Assembly: GCA_018971685.1 (NCBI GenBank)
Contig: JAGXAG010000003.1
Span: forward strand, 24,366 to 88,365
Length of the DNA stretch: 64,000 nt
Reading direction: 5' to 3'
From: Patescibacteria group bacterium
GTDB lineage: Bacteria; Patescibacteriota; Minisyncoccia; Phycocordibacterales; PALSA-1337
The position numbers and the translations under genes are program-made. The first letter of the stretch is position 1; each line of letters opens with the position of its first letter. Shown piece after piece: positions 12,789 through 22,013 of this stretch. A model generated the notes under the pieces. That model saw only the letters and a list, made by a program, of their open reading frames with translations, did not search any database and was not told the DNA's origin.

Positions 12789-13853
12789 ATGAAATTCATC
12801 AAGAATAAAAAATGGAAGAAATGGAAAAGAAGAGAGATGATTTTATTCTTGGAGAAAATGGAGCTATATACGGCCTCGGGACTGGCACTGAATAAATCCC
12901 TGAGGATAATCGCCGCCGGTGCGCCCAAGAAACGCAAACCCTCCGTTACTCAAGCCGTGCGGGCGGTTGAAAATGGCGGTTTGTTGGCAAAATCGCTGGA
13001 AGAATACCTTGGCGCGTCGAAAACCGTGGCGGCGCTTCTGGAGCGCGGCGAAACGGCCGGCGAGCTAGTCAAAGCGCTCGGTCAGGCGAAAGCACTTATG
13101 GAAAGAGAAGATGATCTTTATAAAAAATGCGCTTCGGCGATGGTTTATCCTGTGGCTATCGGCGTATTCGCTTTATTGCTTACGATCGGGCTGGTCAGAG
13201 GCGTTATGCCGCAAATTATTCCGATGTTAAAAGGCCTCAATGTTCAGTTACCGCTTTTGACGAGGATCGTCATGTTCGCGTCAGACAATTTGCTGGCATA
13301 TGGCCCGTACATTTTCTTGTCGGCGGGCATGTGCGTTATCGTGGCGCCGATGGTATACAAGAAAATCGCGGCTATCAGAGCGTTTTGCCACTTTGCGGCC
13401 GCCGTTACGCCCTTGGCCGGCAAATTGGTCGTGCAATATTCGCTGTCGGTGTCGTTGCGTTCATGTGGCTCGCTCGTCAATTCCGGCATGAGCGTGGCCA
13501 AAGCATACGCCGATGTGACGGAAACAACATGGTTTTTGCCATTAAAAGTATCTTTGGCCCTAGAAGGCGAGCAAGTGGCGAGAGGCGTGCCTCTAGGAGT
13601 CGTGTTCGCCGGAATCAAGCACTTGCCGGAATATATCGCGCCGCTCGTGATCGCCGGCGAAGCATCTGGTTCTCTCGGCGACTCGCTTATCCGCGCCGCG
13701 GATATATTGGATCGCGACATCGAACATTCCTTGAGGCGGCTAACTGCGCTCATCGAACCAGTGATGATGGCGGGAATGGGATGCGTGGTCGGGGCGATTG
13801 CTCTTTCGATAATGATGCCCATTTATGACATATCGAAAGTTTTGCAACACTGA
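12789..13853 (+). CDS. pilC: type IV pilus platform protein (PilC/GspF family)
   Basis: 354 aa, T2SSF-like with multiple TM helices, and it directly follows pilB. Confidence 0.75.
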   Translation: MKFIKNKKWKKWKRREMILFLEKMELYTASGLALNKSLRIIAAGAPKKRKPSVTQAVRAVENGGLLAKSLEEYLGASKTVAALLERGETAGELVKALGQAKALMEREDDLYKKCASAMVYPVAIGVFALLLTIGLVRGVMPQIIPMLKGLNVQLPLLTRIVMFASDNLLAYGPYIFLSAGMCVIVAPMVYKKIAAIRAFCHFAAAVTPLAGKLVVQYSLSVSLRSCGSLVNSGMSVAKAYADVTETTWFLPLKVSLALEGEQVARGVPLGVVFAGIKHLPEYIAPLVIAGEASGSLGDSLIRAADILDRDIEHSLRRLTALIEPVMMAGMGCVVGAIALSIMMPIYDISKVLQH

Positions 13854-13887
13854 ACTGATTACCGCAAATTCAATCCTGATATTTCGA

Positions 13888-15342
13888 ATGTGCAAAAAGA
13901 TGATCAGATTTTCAACAAAACACGGTTTTGGAATAAATCAAGGAATTATTCTTGTCGACATTCTGTTCGCATTAACATTGGCCTCGGTATTTATCGCGGC
14001 GGTGACAGAATCGTCAATCGGGGCGCGCGAGATATTCGAATACGCCAAAAGGAAAAACACGCTTTTGGACATATTCGATAATTATCACAACGGCGGTGCT
14101 ACAACTTCCGCTGTTACGATAAGCAGTCGGCCGTTCGGCAATGATCGCACTGAAGATATTATCAGGATTTCCTCGCAACTGATATTTTCTTCCATCCAAG
14201 CCAGACCGTTTTCAAATATAAATGAAGTTGCCGGTACCCCGCTGTGTTCTGTTGATCTCATCAACAATACGGTTGTCGGCTCTTACGAGTATTTGAAATC
14301 CGCTGGATTGTACGGCGCGGCCGACGATTCGTCGTCTTCGGTACAATCTTCTTTGGTAACGCGGCCTCCGACCATCACGCCAATAGCCTTGCCGGTAAAT
14401 CCGTTATTGCCGTTGACGGACCTGCAAGTCAGAAATGGCGTCGCTTATATATCGGTGGATTCGTCGACCGCTTCTGATGCGGACTTATTGGCGGTCGATA
14501 TCAACGATAAGCGAAATCCGACAATACTTTCTTCCATCAACACGGGACCGGGGATTTCCTCGTTCGCGCTTGCCGGAAAATTCATTTATGCTGCAGCCGC
14601 AAGCACCGCAGGACAGCTGCATGTCATCGAGATAAACAATCTCAATAAGCTGACGGTCAAAAAGAGATTCAAATTGCCTCTGCCGTATGCGACTGCCACG
14701 CCACCTTACGGCAGCGCGATATTTTACGATCGAGGGATGATTTATCTCGGTACGGAAAAGTGGGATGGTCGCGAATTTTCTGTGATCGACATCACCAATC
14801 CGGCTGATCCGCAGATGATTGGCAGTTTTGAAATCGGCAGTAAAGTTAACAGTGTATTCGTTTTGAACGGCATTGCATATGTAGCAGATTCCGATCAAGA
14901 ACAGTTACGCGTGGTAGATGTGAGCGATCCGGCAAATCCTGTATTAGCAAATTCGTTCAGTCCTTCTGGTTGGGAAAGGCAAGAAGGCAAGGTTGTATCA
15001 ATATTCGAAGGCCGACTTACATTCGGCAGAACTTCCGGCGGTTTCAACATGACCGTTGACCACGAAGCTTTTTCTTGGGCGACAACTTCGCTTACATCCA
15101 TAATGCCACCCCATTCGATGGATGTGCCGGGCGGCGTTTACGGCGCGGTTCAAGACAGAAACGGTATATTTATGGCAACGCGCGATATCAACAAAGAGTT
15201 TCAAATAACAAACCAGATCATATCTTCAACAACTGTTATCGGTTATTCTCTGCCGGTAGCTCCTCAGACCATAACATGCGACAACGGCCGCTTATACATT
15301 CTGGCGCATACCGCGCCTGTCATATATGAGATATCTTTCTGA
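13888..15342 (+). CDS. pilin-like N-terminus fused to an LVIVD-repeat beta-propeller-like domain (candidate pilus-associated adhesin)
   Basis: N-terminus KHGFGINQGIILVDILFALTLASV resembles a prepilin hydrophobic segment. It is followed by repeated D(I/V)(S/T/N)(D/N)PxxPxxxxSF motifs (DINDKRNPTILSSINTGPG, DITNPADPQMIGSFEIGS, DVSDPANPVLANSFSPSG) typical of LVIVD repeats. The start is ambiguous (ATG 13825, 13888 or 13900). Confidence 0.55.
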   Translation: MCKKMIRFSTKHGFGINQGIILVDILFALTLASVFIAAVTESSIGAREIFEYAKRKNTLLDIFDNYHNGGATTSAVTISSRPFGNDRTEDIIRISSQLIFSSIQARPFSNINEVAGTPLCSVDLINNTVVGSYEYLKSAGLYGAADDSSSSVQSSLVTRPPTITPIALPVNPLLPLTDLQVRNGVAYISVDSSTASDADLLAVDINDKRNPTILSSINTGPGISSFALAGKFIYAAAASTAGQLHVIEINNLNKLTVKKRFKLPLPYATATPPYGSAIFYDRGMIYLGTEKWDGREFSVIDITNPADPQMIGSFEIGSKVNSVFVLNGIAYVADSDQEQLRVVDVSDPANPVLANSFSPSGWERQEGKVVSIFEGRLTFGRTSGGFNMTVDHEAFSWATTSLTSIMPPHSMDVPGGVYGAVQDRNGIFMATRDINKEFQITNQIISSTTVIGYSLPVAPQTITCDNGRLYILAHTAPVIYEISF

Positions 15343-15526
15343 TAATGCCAAGACCAATCAAGAGGTCGTCTTAGCGGTTCGTCTGACTCGCGGCATTACG
15401 CTCGTCGAGGTTGTGATTTACGCCGCGTTGTTGTCGGTCTTGCTTGCCGGATTCATTTCTTATGCCTATCGGACTCATCTTGATAACATCCGTTTAACAA
15501 ATGAAATCGAGAATGCTTACAATTGA
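15326..15526 (+). CDS. minor pilin-like protein (prepilin-type N-terminus)
   Basis: RG|ITLVEVVIYAALLSVLLAGFI has Gly at -1 and Glu at +5, followed by a hydrophobic helix. 66 aa. Confidence 0.45.
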   Translation: MRYLSDNAKTNQEVVLAVRLTRGITLVEVVIYAALLSVLLAGFISYAYRTHLDNIRLTNEIENAYN

Positions 15527-15872
15527 CGGAAAACTATCCTATAAAGACGGCTTTGCCGCTCTTGTATCCGTAATCTTGCTTGCGGCTGGTACGACCGCTT
15601 TTTCCTTGTCGACGATGGCGTCGGCCTACTCGTATGCCGATTCCGTAAACCGTAGAGAGTTGCGAATCCAAGCTTCGTTGAATGCCGGCGCATGCTTGGA
15701 CACAGCCAGGCTTATGGTTGCCAAGGATAATTTTTTCACCGGTACCACGACGATTCCATATTTCGGTTGTGAAATAATTGCCGTGAATGATTCTGTTTCT
15801 TCCGTTTCCTTGAATGTAACCGCGCGGTTTGAAGGCGTGTCAGTGCAAAAAAGTGGCATAGCACTGTATTGA
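15501..15872 (+). CDS. pilin/pseudopilin-like protein
   Basis: DG|FAALVSVILLAAGTTAF hydrophobic N-terminal segment after a short leader. 123 aa, within the pilus locus. Confidence 0.4.
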   Translation: MKSRMLTIDGKLSYKDGFAALVSVILLAAGTTAFSLSTMASAYSYADSVNRRELRIQASLNAGACLDTARLMVAKDNFFTGTTTIPYFGCEIIAVNDSVSSVSLNVTARFEGVSVQKSGIALY

Positions 15873-15882
15873 GATTGTATTT

Positions 15883-15970
15883 GCACATGTCCGACATATG
15901 CAAACCTTCGTCATTAAAAAGTCATACTTTCGTCACCAAATCGTTATCAATTTGTAATCGTATTGCAATC
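15883..15970. promoter_or_regulatory. conserved upstream element shared with the pilB upstream region (GTCGGAC-core palindrome plus TTGTAATC-N3-TTGCAATC direct repeat)
   Basis: GCACATGTCCGACATATGC at 15883..15901 and TTGTAATCgtaTTGCAATC at 15952..15970 parallel 11539..11573 and 11647..11665. Confidence 0.45.
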
Positions 15971-16033
15971 TCAGTCTGATACGCTTCTGTATTATTAGCG
16001 GTTTAACCTAGCGGCTAATCAGCCGTAAAAACT

Positions 16034-16540
16034 ATGAATATAAAACATAAGAAAGAGAATATGCGCAGCGGGTTTACATTGATTGAAGTGCTTGTAGTTA
16101 TCGGCATTATCGCTATCCTGGCGACGGTCGTATTGGTTGCGGTAAATCCGGCCCGTCAATTTGCCTTGGCGCGCGATTCCCAGCGCGTGAGCAATGTCAA
16201 CGCCATATTGAACGCCGTCCAGCAGAACATGGCGGAACACCGGGGAGTGTTCACTTGCGCCGGTTCATCAGTCGCCATACCAAGCACGCAAGATTACTTC
16301 ATAGCCACAAGCACGGCCGATGTGACGCAATTGCCTGCCGGCAGTAATATTATCGACCTGTCACCCTGTCTGGTGCCAGATTATATTTCCTCTTTGCCTT
16401 TTGATCCGTCGCAGTACGGCGCCTCTTGGGATGGGGTTGATAAGTATAATACCGGCTACCAAATATTCCGCTATGCCGACGGTCGCATCACCGCCAGTTC
16501 CACCGGCGAACTTACGCCGACCATTTCGGTGACCAGGTAA
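16034..16540 (+). CDS. pilA: type IV major pilin (prepilin N-terminal methylation domain)
   Basis: Classic SGFTLIEVLVVIGIIAILATVVL N-terminus with a 168-aa pilin-sized body. An alternative start at ATG 16061 (MRSGFTLIE) gives a canonical short leader. Confidence 0.85.
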   Translation: MNIKHKKENMRSGFTLIEVLVVIGIIAILATVVLVAVNPARQFALARDSQRVSNVNAILNAVQQNMAEHRGVFTCAGSSVAIPSTQDYFIATSTADVTQLPAGSNIIDLSPCLVPDYISSLPFDPSQYGASWDGVDKYNTGYQIFRYADGRITASSTGELTPTISVTR

Positions 16541-16631
16541 TTCCGGTCATTTGGTTGACAGAATTTATTCATTTGTTATTAGAAGTGCATGACAAGTCTG
16601 GTATTGTAGAACCCTTGGATAAGATTAAGAA

Positions 16632-16659
16632 AGAGCCGCCGAAAGGCGGTTCTTTCTTC
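16632..16659 (+). terminator. rho-independent terminator candidate downstream of pilA
   Basis: Stem AGAGCCGCC, loop GAAA, stem GGCGGTTCT, followed by TTCTTC. Confidence 0.45.
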
Positions 16660-16717
16660 GGATGAAACCAAAAAGCTCTTGATGTCCTGGCACTATCTGT
16701 TAAAATCAGCAGTATAG

Positions 16718-17755
16718 ATGCAACAAAAACACCCGAACATACCTTTATTTGTTGCGGCGAGCTTACTCATTATAGCCGTTGCGATTATCGTACGAATATC
16801 TATGAATGTAGAATCTCCTGTAAATAACATAGGGAATGCTTATGTTGCGACAGAAAACAGCAGAATAATCAAACCCGATGCCGCCTTCTTCCAAATTAAT
16901 AGTGATCGAAATAATACCATCAGTGTTGTTTCGAGCAGACCAGTCGTCGATACCGGCATTGACAACAAAAACATCAGCAGTCAAGTTGGCGGTAATCATA
17001 CAAAAATCGCCACAGATCCATTCATGGCAATGACGGCCAAGGCTTATCTGATCGGCAATGTCGAGACGGGCAAGATTATCATGGAAAAGAACGCCGACGA
17101 GCAGATGCCGGTGGCGTCGATGTCAAAACTGGTAACCGCTATTGTTGCGACAGACACCATGTCTCCAACCACCACGATTACTATCACTCCGGCCGAAGCA
17201 GCCGCGCCGCCGGACGGTAGCGGTATCAGTGCCGGTGAAAGTTATTCGTTGCGGGAACTTTTGTATCCTATGCTCCTTGATTCGTCCAACATTGCGGCTG
17301 AAGCTATAGCGTCGTCGACTGATCGAGTCAAGTTTCTGGAAAACATGTCCAGTTATGCTTGGGAAATCGGCATGCCGCAAGCATATTTTGCCGATCCTTC
17401 CGGCGTCAATCCGCACAACGAAGCTTCAGCTAAAGACATTTTCACTCTTGCCAAATATCTTTATAAATTCAGGCCGGATATATTAAAATTGACCCGTACG
17501 CGGTCGACCTCGGTTGCCACAACTTCCGAACACGCAGCGCACGACTTCGAAAGCATCCACCCCTTCGTATCCGATCCGCGATTTATCGGCGGCAAAACCG
17601 GCCGCACGCCCGAAGCCGGGGAAACCATGCTGACCATTCTGAATATTGATGGTATACCCACGGCTTTTGTAGTCATGGGTTCTGCCTATGGTGCTAGGGA
17701 AGGTGACACGGAGATTCTTATAAGTGCAATGGAGAAACAATTGGTGCGGAGCTAG
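16718..17755 (+). CDS. dacA: D-alanyl-D-alanine carboxypeptidase (serine-type, peptidase S11, PBP5-like)
   Basis: N-terminal TM, SxxK motif ASMSKLVTA, SxN motif DSSN, then KTG-like motif GGKTGRT. Confidence 0.75.
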   Translation: MQQKHPNIPLFVAASLLIIAVAIIVRISMNVESPVNNIGNAYVATENSRIIKPDAAFFQINSDRNNTISVVSSRPVVDTGIDNKNISSQVGGNHTKIATDPFMAMTAKAYLIGNVETGKIIMEKNADEQMPVASMSKLVTAIVATDTMSPTTTITITPAEAAAPPDGSGISAGESYSLRELLYPMLLDSSNIAAEAIASSTDRVKFLENMSSYAWEIGMPQAYFADPSGVNPHNEASAKDIFTLAKYLYKFRPDILKLTRTRSTSVATTSEHAAHDFESIHPFVSDPRFIGGKTGRTPEAGETMLTILNIDGIPTAFVVMGSAYGAREGDTEILISAMEKQLVRS

Positions 17756-18549
17756 TCCCGGGATTTTGCTGCTCTATCTATCGTTGTTGCAGAGATACTG
17801 TCTTTGCCCAACCAACCGCCGATCAATTCTTTTGTCTCGCGCGGGTCTTTCACTTTAATACAATCAATGCCAGTCGCTTTTGCCGGATAATCGTTGCCGC
17901 CCTGGAATAGTGCATCGCCGACAAAAACCATGCGGTCCAGCGGCATCTTCAGATATTCTTCGAGCTTTCTGATGCCGTAGCCCTTATTAACGCCACGCTT
18001 GGTGATATCTATGGAGGTGGTGCCGCCGATACGCACATCAAATTCCGGGATTTTGTTTTTCATTATGTCAACGATCTTTTGGCGTTTGGCATGTCCCGGA
18101 TCCCAGGCCGATTTAAGAGCCAAAGGCGCTTGCTGTCCCAGTGCCGAAAAAGTTATTTGTGAACCGCGATCTTCTATTTGCTGTCCGTAAATTTTGTCCG
18201 GCGTCGCGATTCCGGCCATCATGAGCGACTCGTTCAAGGCTGTCAAAATTTTCTCTTTTTCTTTGGGGGACAGGTGCTCGGCGTATTCTTCACACCACGC
18301 ACCTTTCCATGTGTACAATTTGGTGCCCGAAGTCGGCAACAACAACAAATTGCTCAAGCGGTCGCTTGCGGTCGGCAATCTGACCAGGAATTGTGTTTCG
18401 AATTGATGAAATCCGCCGCCGGAGATCACCGCCACCTTCTTTTTTTCCAGCAAATTGGAGAGTAATTCGCCCATATCCGATTCGAGTGGCGATTTTGAAG
18501 GCGCTAGTGTTCCGTCAAGATCGAATATTATAAGATCGTAGTTAGGCAT
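17752..18549 (-). CDS. phosphomannomutase-like HAD-IIB hydrolase (eukaryotic PMM type)
   Basis: FDLDGTL HAD motif I, ISGGG, and the cap/C-terminal signatures GGTTSIDITKRGVNKGYGI and VFVGDALFQGGNDYPAKA. These parallel eukaryotic-type PMM (GG.ISFDVFP.GWDK, FFGD...GGND). Confidence 0.6.
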   Translation of the reverse strand: MPNYDLIIFDLDGTLAPSKSPLESDMGELLSNLLEKKKVAVISGGGFHQFETQFLVRLPTASDRLSNLLLLPTSGTKLYTWKGAWCEEYAEHLSPKEKEKILTALNESLMMAGIATPDKIYGQQIEDRGSQITFSALGQQAPLALKSAWDPGHAKRQKIVDIMKNKIPEFDVRIGGTTSIDITKRGVNKGYGIRKLEEYLKMPLDRMVFVGDALFQGGNDYPAKATGIDCIKVKDPRETKELIGGWLGKDSISATTIDRAAKSRD

Positions 18550-18570
18550 TTGTAAACTGCGAACATCGGT

Positions 18571-20475
18571 TCATGTTTCCAGCATTTTCAGTATAGCACT
18601 TACTTTTACTGTCGCCACTCCGACTACGCTGTCGGCGGCACCGTAATATATGTACGCAGTATTACCTCGTACCACCAGGCCGCAAGGGAAGACGACATTG
18701 GGCATCGCGCCCTTGCGCTCGTATTCAGCTTCCGGCTCAAAAAGCGGTATTGCGGTGCGGGCTTTGATGACGGTTGGATCTTCCAAGTCGAGTAATACGG
18801 CGCCGATACGATAAGTTGTGCTCCATGATACGCCATGATACAAGAGCAGCCAACCTTCTCTCGTCTTTATCGGCGGTGCTGAAATGCCAACCTTGCCGCC
18901 GTCCCACATGCCGCGTCTTGGCGACAACATCTCGATACATTCATTGATTTTTTCTTTTGAAAAATCCAAAGAATTCAAAAAGTCGGCGCAAACACTTTCT
19001 TGGACACGATGAAAAACCATATACTTACCATTTACCGGCTCTGGCAAGATGGTGGCGTCTTTATCCATGATATTGGGCGGCGTGATCACTTGCGGTTCGG
19101 TCCAAGCACCCCACTTTTTGTCCAGGAATTCCTTTTCACCTATAAATGATACGGCTACGCGCGGCGTGCTGCCGTCATAGGCGGTGTAGGACATATAGAG
19201 GCGGTCGCCGATCTTGACTATGCGCGGGTCCTCACAGCCATAATTACTCTTTTCGTTGCCGCGTCTCTCGAAGACCGCACGCGGGAAATAAATCGGCTTG
19301 TCCAATCGTTCGTCGATGGATAGGCCGTCATGCGAAGCGGCATAGCCTATAGTAGATACATTCTCGTCGGAAACAGCGCGGTAGAGAATATGGATCTTGT
19401 CGCCGAGTTCGACCGCGGCCGGATTCATGGTGCCTTTCGCTTCCCAGGAATAGCCTGGTCTGGACGCGATGATCGGATTGCCGGGGAATCGGACGATTTT
19501 TTTCTCCTCGATACCAGTGATGCTTTTGAGCAGATTATCCAAAGGGATTGTGGCGACGGCGCAATAAGTGTCGGTGGCGCCATAATATACTTCCAAACGG
19601 CCGTTTTTGATGAGCGCGCCTGACGGGAAAATCACATTCGGTACCTGGCCGACTTGTTCATAGTATGCGTCCGGCACCATGAACGGTCCCTTGGTGCGTC
19701 CGATGACCGTACGCGGATTTTCCAAGTCCAACAAAATTGTTTCAATACCGAAAGTTACATCGGCGGTGCCGTATCTCTGGATATGCGCGTATACCACCAA
19801 CCACCCCTTGTCGGTTTTAACCGGTGGCGCGCCCAATTCCAAGTGATCGCTTGGCAATCTGCGGATATGGATCTTATGCGCATCCAGATTCTTCCGCCAA
19901 TCTTCCCAATATTGCGACGACCACATGTCTTCAATCTTGTCGAATTCAGCATAGCAGATATCCGATGGCGGGTGATCAGTGTTAACGGTCAAGAGCAGGC
20001 CGATTTTGCCGTTAATCCTCTCAGGAAACATAGCGATACCTTTTGCGTTGAACGGCGTTATCGCATGCTTTTCTTTGATCATATTCAAATCATCGCTTAT
20101 AGCCACGGCGGTTTTTATATTCTCGGCCGAGAATGGGTAGCCGCCGAGGCCGGTGTAGAAAATATAGTATTTGCCTTCAAATGCGGTGACGCGCGGGTCT
20201 TCACAGCCGAACTTGTCGAACGGTTGGTCTGGCCGTACCAACAGCTTTCTGTCGGTGAAGTGCCTTCTATCCGGTTCGGCCAAAGCCTTGGCAATCGCCG
20301 AAGTTCTTATATGCGGCTCTTTCAGCAGCTGCGGTTCGGACATCGCCCGATAGACCAAGTACATGTCTTTGCCGTGAATTATGGGACAGCCGTTAAAAGC
20401 GGCCGCGGCTTCCCATGGGTGATCTTTGGTGGGCGAAAGAATGGGATTGTGTTCGGAGCGGGTGAGAGTGAACAT
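18571..20475 (-). CDS. tandem double-domain GH130 family protein (mannoside phosphorylase/glycosidase-like)
   Basis: Two successive GH130 modules, each with the NPI(L/I).P..WE..FNP, GCEDPR, KGWL..YH and YYGA(A/T)D signatures. The track start is TTG 20523. ATG 20475 (MFTLTRSEHNPILSP) is preferred and leaves a 44-bp gap after the upstream gene. Confidence 0.8.
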   Translation of the reverse strand: MFTLTRSEHNPILSPTKDHPWEAAAAFNGCPIIHGKDMYLVYRAMSEPQLLKEPHIRTSAIAKALAEPDRRHFTDRKLLVRPDQPFDKFGCEDPRVTAFEGKYYIFYTGLGGYPFSAENIKTAVAISDDLNMIKEKHAITPFNAKGIAMFPERINGKIGLLLTVNTDHPPSDICYAEFDKIEDMWSSQYWEDWRKNLDAHKIHIRRLPSDHLELGAPPVKTDKGWLVVYAHIQRYGTADVTFGIETILLDLENPRTVIGRTKGPFMVPDAYYEQVGQVPNVIFPSGALIKNGRLEVYYGATDTYCAVATIPLDNLLKSITGIEEKKIVRFPGNPIIASRPGYSWEAKGTMNPAAVELGDKIHILYRAVSDENVSTIGYAASHDGLSIDERLDKPIYFPRAVFERRGNEKSNYGCEDPRIVKIGDRLYMSYTAYDGSTPRVAVSFIGEKEFLDKKWGAWTEPQVITPPNIMDKDATILPEPVNGKYMVFHRVQESVCADFLNSLDFSKEKINECIEMLSPRRGMWDGGKVGISAPPIKTREGWLLLYHGVSWSTTYRIGAVLLDLEDPTVIKARTAIPLFEPEAEYERKGAMPNVVFPCGLVVRGNTAYIYYGAADSVVGVATVKVSAILKMLET

Positions 20476-20519
20476 TTCGATGAATAACCAATAATCAAGA
20501 TACAATAACCAAACAACGA

Positions 20520-21644
20520 TCAATCAATTTTACCATAGTCGTTCAACCAATCCAGCAACCCTTTGAGCGGCGTATGCGCCACGCACACATGCTTGTCGCC
20601 GCCGCCGTAGTAGACAAAGAGATCATTGTTTTTGATCGTGGCACCGCAAGCGTATACCACTCCCGGTTTCCAATCGTTCTCGTACCATTCCGACGGCACC
20701 AATATCGGCGCTGGCGAGCGCGCTATGACTTTGGTCGGTTCAGCCAAATCGAGCAGCATGGCTCCAAGCTTATAACCGATCTGCGGCTCTTTCTTGTCCA
20801 TGGCGTGATACAAGAGCAGCCAGCCGCGATCGGTTTTCAAAGGCGGCGGCCCGGCGCTGCGAACCAAATTATCCCAATGATTAGGCCGGCCCGGTTGCGG
20901 TCCGCTCTTTCTGGGACTTTCGATTTCTCGCGGGATCGAATCTATCGAATCGACATATTCTATCTCTATCTTCGGTACGATGGAGTGAATGATGGCGAAT
21001 TTGCCGTTGATCTTTTCCGGGAATAAAACCCAGTTTTTGTTTATCTGATTCTTGGAAGAAATGAATATCGGCCGCCTCCAATTCCAGCGCTTGTTGAAGA
21101 AATCCGACGCTTTGATCGAAGTCACCGCGATCCGGATGAAATCCCAGCCGTCAAAGGCGTTGTAAGTCATGTAAATATTGTCGCCGATCCTGACCAGTCT
21201 AGGATCTTCACAGCCGCCCCAACTGCCGCCGGAAGGGAACATGACGGGGTCGGGCTTTTTCAAATCGTCAGGAACATCTTCGACGATATTTTCCCTTGGC
21301 TTCCGCATGGCGAATACCGGATAATCTGACCGGTCATCGAAGCGCAAGCCGTCTTTGCTGGAAGCGTAACCGATGCGCGAGACGCCGTCGGAACCGATAG
21401 CGCGGTAGAGGAGATGCACGCCGCCCTTGTCGTCTTGGATTGCCGCAGGATTGAAAGTGCCGGCCGCTTCCCAGTCATTCCAAGATTGTGGCGATATGAC
21501 CGGATTGGCGCCGTGGCGCTTGACTTTGGAATGGCCATAAATTATTTCTCGGCTACGCGCGGCCGCGAGAGCATATAATAGGACAACAACTGCGGCTGCG
21601 AAAGCGATTAATGATATTAAAAGTGCATTGTACGATTGTTGCAT
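20520..21644 (-). CDS. GH130 family protein with N-terminal transmembrane anchor
   Basis: TM helix LLISLIAFAAAVVVLLYALAA, then the GH130 signatures NPVISP..WEAAGTFNPAA, GCEDPRLV, RGWLLLYHA and VYYGGGD. Confidence 0.8.
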   Translation of the reverse strand: MQQSYNALLISLIAFAAAVVVLLYALAAARSREIIYGHSKVKRHGANPVISPQSWNDWEAAGTFNPAAIQDDKGGVHLLYRAIGSDGVSRIGYASSKDGLRFDDRSDYPVFAMRKPRENIVEDVPDDLKKPDPVMFPSGGSWGGCEDPRLVRIGDNIYMTYNAFDGWDFIRIAVTSIKASDFFNKRWNWRRPIFISSKNQINKNWVLFPEKINGKFAIIHSIVPKIEIEYVDSIDSIPREIESPRKSGPQPGRPNHWDNLVRSAGPPPLKTDRGWLLLYHAMDKKEPQIGYKLGAMLLDLAEPTKVIARSPAPILVPSEWYENDWKPGVVYACGATIKNNDLFVYYGGGDKHVCVAHTPLKGLLDWLNDYGKID

Positions 21645-21832
21645 TTATATCGATTTATTAAACGGTTTTTTTCTAGATACTGTCCGTAAAAGACAAAATC
21701 GTGCCCGCATTGTGACACTTTTCTGATCGCCATATATTTTGGTGAAATTTTAATCTAGCGATCGTGCGGTTTTCATTTACATTGTAACATTTCCGCACAT
21801 GGTCATGCATTCCGTCAACCTGTGTATAACTT

Positions 21833-22000
21833 TTAGAATCGCGAAAGCTTGAATCCGGCCCAAATACCGGCGATGCCGCCGACTGTACTTAGTATTATGC
21901 TTGATATTGACAGGAAACTGCTACCCCAAAGCACGGGCAAATATCCGCCGACGGTGGAGCCGACGAACAATCCTGTCCAAATCAAAGATTTTTGATTCAT
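21833..22000 (-). CDS. small Gly-zipper membrane protein (GlsB/YeaQ/YmgE 'transglycosylase-associated'-like), below the ORF-track length cutoff
   Basis: Hand-translated 55 aa MNQKSLIWTGLFVGSTVGGYLPVLWGSSFLSISSIILSTVGGIAGIWAGFKLSRF, two Gly-rich TM segments, located in the 370-bp gap between GH130 and aspS. Confidence 0.35.
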   Translation of the reverse strand: MNQKSLIWTGLFVGSTVGGYLPVLWGSSFLSISSIILSTVGGIAGIWAGFKLSRF

Positions 22001-22013
22001 AGTCGGGAAATTA

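Noticed and set aside
13127-13828. 233-aa + and 192-aa - ORFs inside pilC
   Set aside because: These are alternative-frame or antisense reads of the pilC coding sequence with Arg-rich low-complexity products. pilC's frame carries the T2SSF signatures.
19654-20487. 277-aa + strand ORF antisense to the tandem GH130 gene
   Set aside because: It is antisense to a frame with two complete GH130 domains and has no homology signal.
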